A stretch of DNA of 60,521 nucleotides, the filler included, from Asterionella formosa (Eukaryota), in assembly GCA_002256025.1 (NCBI GenBank). It is 12 parts of 12 records of this genome, joined end to end, with 100 filler letters (N's around TTAATTAATTAA, not from the genome) between each part and the next. Parts side by side here need not be neighbours in the genome. Positions count along the whole stretch, not along the records: positions 45,507 to 50,447 come from NKIB01013288.1; positions 50,548 to 55,484 come from NKIB01013289.1; positions 55,585 to 60,521 come from NKIB01013290.1; 9 more parts are not named here. One strand, written 5' to 3'. A program made the translations under genes and the position numbers. The notes beneath the pieces were generated by a model. It saw only the letters and a program-made list of their open reading frames with translations. It was not told the DNA's origin and ran no database searches. Every line of letters starts with the position of its first letter. Within the stretch, counting starts at the first letter, position 1. Positions 50,266 to 60,521 of this stretch are shown one piece after another.

Positions 50266-50447
50266 ATGTCTTCACCATGGGCAGAGAAACTTGAAAAGCG
50301 CTTGACTGCGTTGGCAGATAGCGCGAGCAAAGATTCGTTGCAGACGCTTGCTAAATGGATTGGGTTCAACAGAAAACACGCTGCGGCCTTCTGTGAAGCC
50401 TTTAAAAAGGCAATGGAAGTTCAAACAAGGCAATTGTTATATTATCA
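50266..50447 (+). CDS. 5' end of a CTD-interacting-domain (CID; RPRD1/Rtt103-like) protein
   Basis: EKLEKRLTAL..SKDSLQTLAKWIGFNRKHA...RQLLYY matches the CID N-terminal pattern (S..SIQTLS.W..HR.HA). Confidence 0.8.
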
Positions 50448-50547
50448 NNNNNNNNNNNNNNNNNNNNNNNNNNNNNNNNNNNNNNNNNNNNTTAATTAAT
50501 TAANNNNNNNNNNNNNNNNNNNNNNNNNNNNNNNNNNNNNNNNNNNN

Positions 50548-50625
50548 AGTAGGCAGGACATCTGCGCTACTGTTATGCAATGCTTCTGGCGCTGTCTTAA
50601 CTTCAATTTTGTCTTGGGAAGCCAT
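50548..50625 (-). CDS. Possible 5' end of a gene at the contig edge
   Basis: GCCATGG start context; MASQDKIEVKTAPEALHNSSADVLPT is open to the edge. Confidence 0.4.
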
Positions 50626-51046
50626 GGCGCTGCAATTGTAAATCAGAATACCGGCAGTAAGGAGGAAAGAATAGAAGTCTGGGAATGTTTTGATATACTG
50701 GTATTAGTCTACCGGTAGTCGTTTCTCCATCAGTGACGAAGAGACCGAGATTTGAGAACTACTGGTAATATTTGTCAAGTCTTACCTGTGCGTACCTGGT
50801 ACAAGGTACATATCTACACCTGCTATCTAGCTTACAGGGTCATATACCAAGGTTACCTCGTACTGCAGGATTCTACCTTTACTTAGACAAAGATTCAGCT
50901 AAATATCTCGATTAGCGGATCTTCCAGGAAGGCCCGGTCGCATACGTTTTTTGTGCACTTATTCAGTTTCGACTCACTCTCAATTACTAGACCCATGCCT
51001 TCTGGACAAGATATGATGGCTTTCCATTCCAAGCTCTCTTCCATAC

Positions 51047-51292
51047 TAACTATAACTATGTGGATAACAGCAGTCTCTTACATTTTCGTATCTCCTTCTA
51101 TGCTGAATCTCAATTGTAGATGTAGTATGTGAGAATTTAAAATGTCAACAAGCGAGAACAAGTAGAATGTGTTTATTTACGAATTGATTGGCAAGAACGT
51201 AATGCTGGTTGATGGAAAAGATTTGCTTACTATGTGCACTGTGTGCTGAACCATTCCGATTTTGTATGATGATTTCTTCTCTGTAAACTCTT
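51047..51292 (+). repeat. Dispersed repeat, copy 2 (see 14856-15093)
   Basis: Collinear shared blocks. Confidence 0.9.
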
Positions 51293-52439
51293 AATTGAAT
51301 GATTATGAAGAACATAAGGTGCACTCCACATGATGATTACTCAAAGATAATAATGATCACTTGACCAACAATTGAAAACATTATTGCAAACAATCATTCC
51401 ACTTGTCATCACTAGTATTTATTGTTGCTACAAAAATCGGCATGAGGACTGATGAAGATGACAAGCCAAAGTGCATTACTTTAGCTAGTGCATGTTCCTA
51501 CCAATTTAAATACATGAACCAAATAGAAATAATACATATAATATTTAAATATACATAGTCAAAAGGGTTACTATTTAATTTATGAGGGCATTTGTCAACA
51601 TTATTAGATAATATAACGAAAAATTATGATCAGATGACCATAATTCTATGATGCATCACAGGAATATGATGGTTTTTATTTGCAGACGCCACCATGAACA
51701 TATCCCCAATCCCACCTCCACCAAACCGGTCTGACCTTCTGATGCAGGCTTCCAACAAATTTGGCTGTTTTTTAACTCCCCATGCCACATCTTACTCCGA
51801 TCCCGCCAAACTATTCCTCACTGGAAATCGTTGCTGCTCTCTGCCAAATCTTCATGACTGTCTCTTTTTACAACTATCACGCTTCTTTTCTTCCTATATC
51901 TGGGAATCCAGACAATCATCTTACTATGGATCACATTACAGCACCTAGCTCTGATCAAACTCTTCAGCACCTGATTCGACTGAACAACTTTTTATATCTA
52001 CTCCGTGGTGGCAGGAATTTAAATGAACGAATCGTTAAAGGAAGAATCCATTTGCGCACCTGCAAAGTCACCTCTGTTCGCCTAAACCTCATTGAGACTT
52101 CCCACGCACCCTACCTGGACACTCCAAGTAGAGAAGTTCTTCGGAGACCTACCCACTGATTGCGGCTGGCTTTTATACTCCTTGTCTAGAATGAACCGAA
52201 ATGATCTGCAGCTTCAACTCGCTCAAAGAAGCCCTTTCCTCCCTCGCAGTTCTTGGAGAGAGGTTCCTCTCCAATGCGTGTGGCTCAAACTCAATGGACC
52301 AAGCCAATCTGCCTTGGCCATAGTCATTTTCTCTCCCCCCCCCTTTTCAAGTCCAAGTGCGGCGACGACTCTTCCAGGAAATTATTTCCCCTCAAGAACA
52401 AGACCGAATCCTGTCTTGCTATCCCCCAAATTGAGAAAT

Positions 52440-52890
52440 CGACAATGCCTTTCTTGTATGTTGCCTAGTATGACAATGTTGCAGTAACGCCATTTCCAAA
52501 CCTTCATATTCAAATTTTGTTATCCATTCTGTAACCTGTACTTGATTGTCATAGCTGGGATTATTCACTTTGGACAAGGCACAACCGGACCTGGGGTTGA
52601 ATATTTGTTTAAGCCGTTGATATTCCCTCTTCAATTGTTCCGCATGAATAATTAATTTGAGTTGGCTAGCTTCCTTTCTTGTCAGCTTGGAGTTGCGGCA
52701 AGCTACCATTGGTGCCAGTTCCGTTTCCAATTCCTGTGGCAGTCATCTTACATTTACAGATTGTTTTTGAATGGTGCTGATGGCGATCTCGCTCGCCTGT
52801 ACCACATTGATTTCCACTGACATATTCAAATCTTGACTTATCTCGTTGATTAGCACGGCCGGTTCTTAGAGCCTGGAGGACGTCCATGCT
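52440..52890 (-). mobile_element. Possible non-LTR retrotransposon (Ambal-like) ORF2 fragment
   Basis: ASQLKLIIHAEQLKREYQRLKQIFNPRSGCALSKV..P...W.T.....EMALL resembles the endonuclease-RT linker of diatom LINEs; recognised from memory only. Confidence 0.45.
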
Positions 52891-52929
52891 TTCTAACTAC
52901 ACTGACCACTGGATTGATAACAAAGCACA

Positions 52930-54908
52930 TGTAGCTAGCGGTCAAGAAGTGGCTTCCTCAAGTCTTTGCAATAAAACGGGAACTTGATCAACATCTACCG
53001 AATATAGGGTCTCTTGGATTGAGTTCAGCCGTTTCTGTCATGGAGAGGAGATGTTGGCTGCTGGGGATGAAGTCTCGTACTGAAGCATCCAATGCTCGTG
53101 AAAATCGGTGCTTTGGAATGTTCCGGAGCTCTCAATTCTGTCGTAGATAGTATTTGTGCATAGGATACCATATTTTGTGCTGAAGTTACATTTGCAAATT
53201 GATTTTTCAACATTCTTGGCAGCTTTAAATTCCACCATGAACAAATCTAGGGCATGTTGCGACATTTTTCGAGTCAATGCAGCAATCATTCTTGGGTTAG
53301 ACTACCGGTGGGTTATCTGCATTGTCTCTTTCCCTATCAAATCATTAATCTCTGTGAGTTGGTTGTCAAGCATTGTGTCTATCTTTTTTTGAATAGACAG
53401 AAGCAAGTCATTATTGATTTCTTTGAGATACTTCTTCAAAACAGCATGGTTGCCTTCAATTCTAGAAGTGGTAACTGACCCAAGATGGATGTGTTCCAAG
53501 TTCTGGTAATATATTCTAAGGAATGTTTTGCAATAGAGTTGTACTTATCCTGGAAGACCTGCCAATTATTTAAGTCAATTTGTTTCCCAGAATAAAGGAG
53601 AGAATTCCAGTCGGACATAAAGTTTTTGAACCTTTCCTCAGAGTCCCATTCATCTGTCATGGTGTTCGTAAAAATATTGGTGTTGATATGTCAAATGCAT
53701 AGCAAATGTATGCGATTCGGGAAAACACTATTAATGGCATTCATCAGCGCAAGCAAGCTCTCGGTCTGGCTGTGATTAGAAATTTAGGCCCAACAATTGA
53801 CCCAAATGCTTCAAGAGCCCATTGATAATCTTATTCTTTTTCGGGAGACAAAAAAGCAAAACCAGCATTGATTGTTTTGAAGGTGGAAGTGAACCCAACA
53901 ATTTTCAGTAACGGCATCCCAAATTGATTTGTCTTGTAGGTACAATCCATCATAAACACATATTTGTACTACCTGCATGTTGAGAAAGCCAGCATGCTTT
54001 CCTTCGAGAAAAACAATGCTTTCAAATTGCCATTTTCGCCTAGTTTCACTTTAAAAGTATATCCACCAGTTGAAATCAAATCATAGAGTGCTTGTACTGG
54101 GGTTATCCCATTGAGAAATTATTTCCTGGCAGCTGCCTTCTCATTCGAAAATTCTCTTGCTGTAGTTAGCCGGTTTCCTGTTGTGAACTTCAAGTGAGTC
54201 TGGATTTGTGAGGTGGTCACCCCAGCTTTGGCCATATCTCGGACAATGGCTTTCTCCACCTCTGTCAACCTTCTTGCTGCCGATTACCCAGCAACATGTT
54301 CAGTGTTTTCATGGTTGTGATCTGGAACAGTTTCGCCTTTTAAAGTCCACCACATCTTCGTCTTCTTGCTGTATGTGGCTCTGGCCTTGAAAGGGCAATT
54401 TTCTGTCAGTTTTGGGCTGGTTTGTCTTTGCCAAGTTGCATCAGTCAGATCAAGGCGGTTATCATAGATTCCTTCATGATAGCATCCGAAAATAATTCGT
54501 CTACTGTCACTGCCTTTGTAGCTACAACTTCAAAAACACGTTCATATCCTTCTTATACTACTTCTTGGTAACAGTTTCAATGCATTTTTCTAGAGAATCA
54601 AATGTGACTTGATCCATTAGATTTACGTAGGATAAAATTTCATCTCCCTCCTCTGTATTGTCCCCAATAGGTTCTGACAGCTTTGGTTGAGGCATCAGAG
54701 TCAATTCGAACACAATGATGTGCATGTGTTTGTGTAGCACAGCAGTGTTGTCAAGGAGCCAACTAAGCAAGATTTGTGTGGCAAAAAAGTATTGGTGTTT
54801 TATTCGAAGACTATGTAGGCTAGTAGTAGGGTTTAAGGGTTTATCAAAAAGAGGGGGACGAAATATCGAACTAGGGGGGCGAAATATCTTTTTCCTATAT
54901 AAATACAC
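52930..54908 (-). mobile_element. Degraded MULE/Mutator (FAR1-type) transposon with one terminal region
   Basis: NCPFKAR, VFMMDCTYKTNQFGMPLLKIVG, DYQWAL, ALMNAINSVFP...LLCI*HIN, HLGSVTTSRIEGNHAVLKKYL, CKCNFSTKYGILC, DFHEHW; repeated GGGG.CGAAATATC at 54853-54888. Confidence 0.92.
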
Positions 54909-54943
54909 GTGATATAATAATTTTTTATTACAAGAGCGCGCCC
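54904..54943. mobile_element. Isolated TIR of the GGGCGCGC-ended PHIS family
   Basis: TGATATAATAATTTTTTATTACAAGAGCGCGCCC|ACT matches 42650-42683. Confidence 0.75.
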
Positions 54944-55584
54944 ACTAGGCACTCCTCTGCAGTATGCAGTTTAGCTAATATGTCAGTATACGTATGCTGC
55001 ATGTACGGCACCGGCACCGGCACAGGCACAGGATTGGAAGTGTACCACCGATACATGGATGAAAGGAGAACTCTTTTGACCTCATATGATGGCGCGCCAA
55101 AATATTGTTCCTGGTGGGGTTGCCTTGCTTGTCGTTGTAATTAGTGTACATTTCATGACCCGAATAGTTTTGATAACCAGGTATTCGCTCCTCATACAAG
55201 GTATATATCCTGGTACCAGTACTGGAGTATCATATATACCAGGTACTTGTAGCAAGTATGGATGCAATGTGTGCTGTGCATGGTCGATGCACCGGTTTTT
55301 CTTTTCTTTTAAAAAGCAAATCGAGGAATCATGTGCAAACGCATAGTGTGCACGCTATTGGAAAGATTTAATTGCTTCTTCCATCATGGGAAAGAAAGAA
55401 TTAGCAAACGGCGCTTTATTTGAGTTCATCACAGTAAGGGAGTCGGATCGCAACATTGCTGAAAAGGAAGTCAGTGGTGATGTGNNNNNNNNNNNNNNNN
55501 NNNNNNNNNNNNNNNNNNNNNNNNNNNNTTAATTAATTAANNNNNNNNNNNNNNNNNNNNNNNNNNNNNNNNNNNNNNNNNNNN

Positions 55585-55789
55585 GCACTAGGTCGAGATT
55601 GGCACCAATCACGCGTTGGTCCAGGGATAGGTCCTCCCGAGGCATACGGTCGATGGATGTTGTGGAGGCTTGTAGGCTGCGAGTCAAGGTCCCACGTGCT
55701 TTGGTGCACGAGGAGACTGCAAAGCCCCGGGTGCGCGAGACCAAGCAGGCGGCCCACAACATAATGGTTGCTGGTATCTTGAATTTCAT
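55585..55789 (-). CDS. 5' end of a plastid-targeted protein, possibly seryl-tRNA synthetase
   Basis: Signal peptide ending TRG/FAV, S/T/R-rich transit peptide, then LDQRVIGANLDLV resembling the SerRS start LDxxxIRxNxxxV. Confidence 0.55.
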
Positions 55790-58290
55790 AAAAGAAAACT
55801 ATTTTTGCTTTGTCAGTGAGAGGAAGGATCGATGATTCAGTTATTGTTCCTGAATCTAAATCGTTGTTTGGTCTCCTATTACCGGTTTATGTATAATAGT
55901 GATGTAACGAAAAATATGAAGGTCATGGTAAACGGCAGATAAAGCCAGAGTTGAATACGGTAGGTTTCTTCTCGATGACGAGTACATTATCCGCCACAAA
56001 ATATAGTAGTAACAAAGCAGGTATACAGCCCACGATGATGGAATGGGATGATGACATCAAGTGCGTGTCAGACCTTGCTAAATACATCCACCAATACTAA
56101 CTACAGCACTGAAGGTACGACACGACCGAGGGTGGAGCCTGGTGCGAGTTTTCTTGTGACCAGCGCTGCGAGAAGGTCTGTCAAGAATATTAGCCCGAAT
56201 CACAAGGATTGTGGACTCGATTGCAATCGAACGAGTTGAATGTTGCATTGCCACATCAATCAGCTGTCTACTTATGAGATCAAAGATTGAACATTTCTAT
56301 GGAAATGTTTAGTGGAAACTCAAACAGAGTCTTAGAAAGACTTTTCGGGAAGCAAAGATGCATGGAAAGGAAACATTTAGTTTAGCTTTTAATTTAATTT
56401 GAATTTAGATTATCAATCAAGGAAACAGTGGTGTGTTACTAATTGACAGGAAGGTCAATTAGTCAATCTAGTAGGAAGGCTAGAAGCAGAGACAAGAGAG
56501 AAAGTAAGTGGTACTAGGTAGTACTATGAGCACATAAGACTCCATGTGAAGAGAGACCCAGCCCGCAGGAAGGAGCATGGACCATTTCAACAAAGGTCAA
56601 CCTGCAAGGGCCTCCCAAGTTGAGTACCCAAGATTACGAGTAGGCAGACTCAACCCTGTAGGGTCTTTACTAAGCAGGCAATTCCTGCTCCGGCTATGGT
56701 CTTGCCATTCGGGTACTTCTAAGTAATTTTTAGGCTCTAAGCAATTTCTGAAGTAATTTTTATTTTGTGGCAATATGGCGCACATCGAATTTTCGGCATA
56801 AAAATTGCCAATTTTAGCATGACAGCCAGAATAATGGTAAAATACATAGAAAGGGTACAACAAGCGTAAAACACACGAGAATGATTGTAACAACATGCAA
56901 CATCAATGAAAATTGAGCATGATGTTTGGAGCAACCAAAGTATGAAATGCGATGTAATAAGTTTCATCAAAAAAGAAATAGAAAAAATTGGCATGGTTTA
57001 GAAATGAAGTAAGAAATAGGAGTTTCAATGGAGACATATGCATTGTGACTATTGTTGTACTTGCACAGGCAACATTGACTTTCCATCACACCATCGAAGA
57101 GCGAAATGAAACAGATCCAATTGAAATCTGCATCATGATATAGGGTAGATGATCTGGTTGCTGCAACCATGAACATCGCTGTAGTAGCCTGACACCAGTT
57201 GCAGTCCTTTCGCCACAGTCATTCCTCCCACCAAACAAGCAACCCTGATCATTCCATTCTGAGCAAGCGTGATCGCCAGGCTGCTCCAGCACTATTGACT
57301 CTCTCTAGCTGAGTATTGTTATGTAGCTTGTTGTGATACAAACTTGTAGTATAAATGTAGCAAAGCGCGTTAGTACAAGAAAAGCATTGCTTGGCGGCAA
57401 TATTGACATCATGGCTGGTAAACAACTATACACATCAACAAATATGATCAACAACAATATGTCTTCAAAGAGTAGTCAGAAATAAATACATTGGTTCTTA
57501 TGTAGATAGATAAAATCGAAACAAAACGACAGTGCGGAACGACAAACAAAGATGGAATCGACAATTAGTATCTACGATCACATTCAGTGTTCGACTGTTG
57601 GACTCACTGGTCCGCTCTTACAAGCGAAACACGCAGCAGACGATAGGCGCATAAGAAAGTCGAAAGATCCTGTTGCAAGCCCGAACTGAGCAACGGCAGG
57701 CAGGATAGAGTGAGAAATATAATTATGAGTACGAAATCGGGCATACGATACGTAAAATCAATTAATATGTGAACGAAATTATTTCACATTCTGGTCTCGT
57801 AAAAATAATACCGAGTCTACAGAGATAATAATATAACGTGTTCAAAGTAAGCGTTAAAGTTTAGCTCAAACCATCCATGGTTGATTTCAGTACCACGTAC
57901 ATATGTAGGCTAGATGACTACCGCTACCGGTAGAATATCCGTTAAGGCAGCATCATCACATGCATGACCTGAGCAAAAACTTGCCACCAACATCAGATGT
58001 ATCGCTACGATCGTTTGTCCAACGATGAAACCCTCGAGAAGACAAGGAATCCAACAAATCAACCACATCCGTTAGACAACGAATCGCTACTGGCGTCATA
58101 ACTGAACTGATTTCGCTTCAAACCGGTCATGATGGACGACGATCGGCATGGTGAAAGGTGAATTGCCGGAATCCACTTTCCAGGAGACGAAAAAAGAGGT
58201 GAATTCTAGATATAAATTATTAAAATCTGCGTATTATATACAATGGTTTCTTTAAGTAGACCCCTTGCCAATTTCGGAAATCCCAGGGCA

Positions 58291-59860
58291 AATTCGGTAT
58301 TTTCATCAGACATGATCAGCCGTTACATTAAACTATAATGCTTTGGTATATTTTCTACGTGTCCTACAATTCCTCGAATCAGATCTCGGCAGCAAGTTTT
58401 ACGCTCAATTGCTGGCTTTTTTGCTGTTCTAAAATCGCATTGTTTCCGTAGGTTATCTAATCACAATTATCTTTATTGCTTCATTATCGTAAATCGACAA
58501 TGACAACGCGACCCAGAAGCCACTTCTTTTACCCTAAAAGAGCTATCAGATTGAAGTGAGAAACAACACCCAAGTGGACAACAGGAATCATAAAACTTCT
58601 CCTGTTGTCTTGGTTGGTTCATTAGGATATGTTCTGTCGATTGTTTTTGGTAGCTTCCATGAAAATTTCGGTATTGACAATTATCAAACTACATTGTTTT
58701 CCACATAGAACATCTCGACGATGTATATCTTGCTCACAATCCAAAATCCAAGGAGCCAGCATCACATTTGATCCTTCCAGCTTTAGCTGCAATGTTCCTA
58801 ACAATGTCTCAAAATGATTCTCAAGCAGTGGTATGTTCTGTTGATTGTTGCATATTCTTGCTTTCATTCATCTTCTCTGAAACTTAATACCTTTTGTGAT
58901 TTACTCCTATTCACATTGTCTAACAGGATTGGCCAGTCGGATTTGTTATTTCCACCAGCAGGCAAGAAATCAGCAAACTGAATGATTTCCAAAAAATATT
59001 TGAATCATTATGATCTACATCATTTTCGCCAACGACATTACTTGCAATGTACCATGTTTCAACGCCACACTGCACCCGACGCAATTGAAAAATCAGGTTG
59101 ATTGTCATCTTAATTTAATTTCTTCCCAAGTGAACCCTACTGCGATTGTATATGGCGACTCCATCACTGTGTATGATCACATAAAATTTCGACCATTGTG
59201 ATGATCGTGATCCCGTTCCTTGAAACTTCAGCCATCGGTCATCTTTCTCCTTCACCTACAAAATACTAACTTTTACATCACCCCGATGCCACCAAAGATT
59301 AAAATTCAAGCCGGCGCTCCTTGATTCTTCCACAACCACCATAAGCCACAGTTTTTCCAGTACTTCCCAAGCCGCTCTAACTATCGGTTGCTACTTCGTC
59401 TGGCCTAATTGAACATTTCATTTTTTTCGCTTCGACAATGTGAAAGAAATGTAAGTCGACACTTGTTGATGAACACGTATTGGCAATTTTTCACACGAAT
59501 TTTCCACTAACTCAATTTCTTTTTCACTATTTTCTACTCCCTGCTTGTCATTACTTTTGATTTCTGTTTCATACTTTAGTTGCTTAAAAAGATTCTCGAA
59601 TTTTTCGATGCTTGTTACAATCATTCTTGTGTGACTATTTCTCATGCCTATTTGGGGCTCCATCCATTTTTGATGTGGCTTGCTTTCGCATGAAGATTCT
59701 ACTCCTGATGCTGCTCAGCCTAAAATTGACTGCCGAAAAATCCACTGTGCAACTATATTGCCCCTAATTAAAAATTACTTATTAGAAAACCAAAAGTTAT
59801 TCAGACACCCACAGTTCTCATTGATAAGAAAGACAATAGCTAGGATGGGGATTGCCAGTG
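58291..59860 (-). repeat. ~1.5-kb dispersed repeat, copy 2
   Basis: Collinear with 47230-48735 (e.g. CAGATCTCGGCAGCAAGTTTTA, AAATCGACAATGACAACGCGA, AAGACAATAGCTAGG). Confidence 0.85.
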
Positions 59861-60521
59861 TAGCTGCTGGTTCATGGTGGTGAAAAGTATCTAACCAGAA
59901 CAGTAACTGTTATGTCATGGTAATTGATAAATGTACAGTATGAGCTCATCAGTAAATTAGTATATCTAGACAAACAGGTAAAGGTAAGTTCATGGAATGC
60001 TTCATCGTCCAATTTAGATATAAATCGAGTTCTGATAAATGGCCTATCCATATATAGCTCGATATAGCTACATGGGATTGCTCACTCTCCCACACTTAAG
60101 GAAAACCTTGACCAATGAAAAGGTTGATATGATGAAATCATGAATCATCATCATACATTGATAAATTATCCTGCATAACAAATAGTATGTATGAACTTTT
60201 CGAACTGGCTATTCAACACAAACCTGAACAAATCTTTATTTTTATTTCAGTTGAATGCTGAGTGGATCAAAATCGATTTTCTCTTTCCAGTTGAATTAAT
60301 CATCGTCATCATGACAATGTTCTTTTGAAAAATCGAATCTGGTAATAGAAAGCCCCAAATCAATTTTCGTATTGCTTCCAGCCACCATATGAATTTCTTC
60401 ATCATTGTTATGATGATTTCATCCAACAACTCGAAACACAATGCTGGTCCTTGATCATACAAGGTGATGCAAATTGTCATTTATTATTTTGAACTGTCAG
60501 CATGTCCAATTGGAATTTGTC

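Noticed and set aside
4971..55584. Regularly spaced TTAATTAATTAA motif as a biological repeat or array
   Set aside because: It always sits in the centre of a 100-bp N spacer and is a six-frame stop linker. Adjacency across spacers has no biological meaning, and ORFs ending in X...LIN are artefacts.

Overview
This window is not one locus. It is 12 unlinked contigs of about 4.94-4.97 kb in near-descending length order, joined by artificial 100-bp spacers (44 N + TTAATTAATTAA + 44 N). The content is eukaryotic and diatom-like: bipartite plastid presequences, CxxCP/CGC cysteine repeats, an LRR protein with a CxCCxxC tail, and copia, gypsy, PIF-Harbinger, MULE and Tc1-like remnants. Most of the sequence is decayed or nested transposons, and host genes are mostly cut at contig ends (LPAAT, ZIP transporter, mitochondrial intermediate peptidase, CID protein, TMEM256-like). 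The most interesting element is an uninterrupted ORF (15194-16293, minus) encoding a probably plastid-targeted Deg/HtrA-like serine protease whose C-terminus is a ClpS N-recognin domain instead of a PDZ domain. It is a candidate stand-alone N-degron protease. Other notable items: a TTAGGG insertion with a 9-bp target duplication inside a copia integrase; a kinase-ARM gene followed by a reshuffled spare ARM array; three GGGCGCGC transposon ends, all flanked by A-N-T; a duplicated hairpin-rich 0.5-kb unit; and strong enrichment of TACCGGTA near gene starts. All family assignments come from motif recognition by eye, with no database searches.
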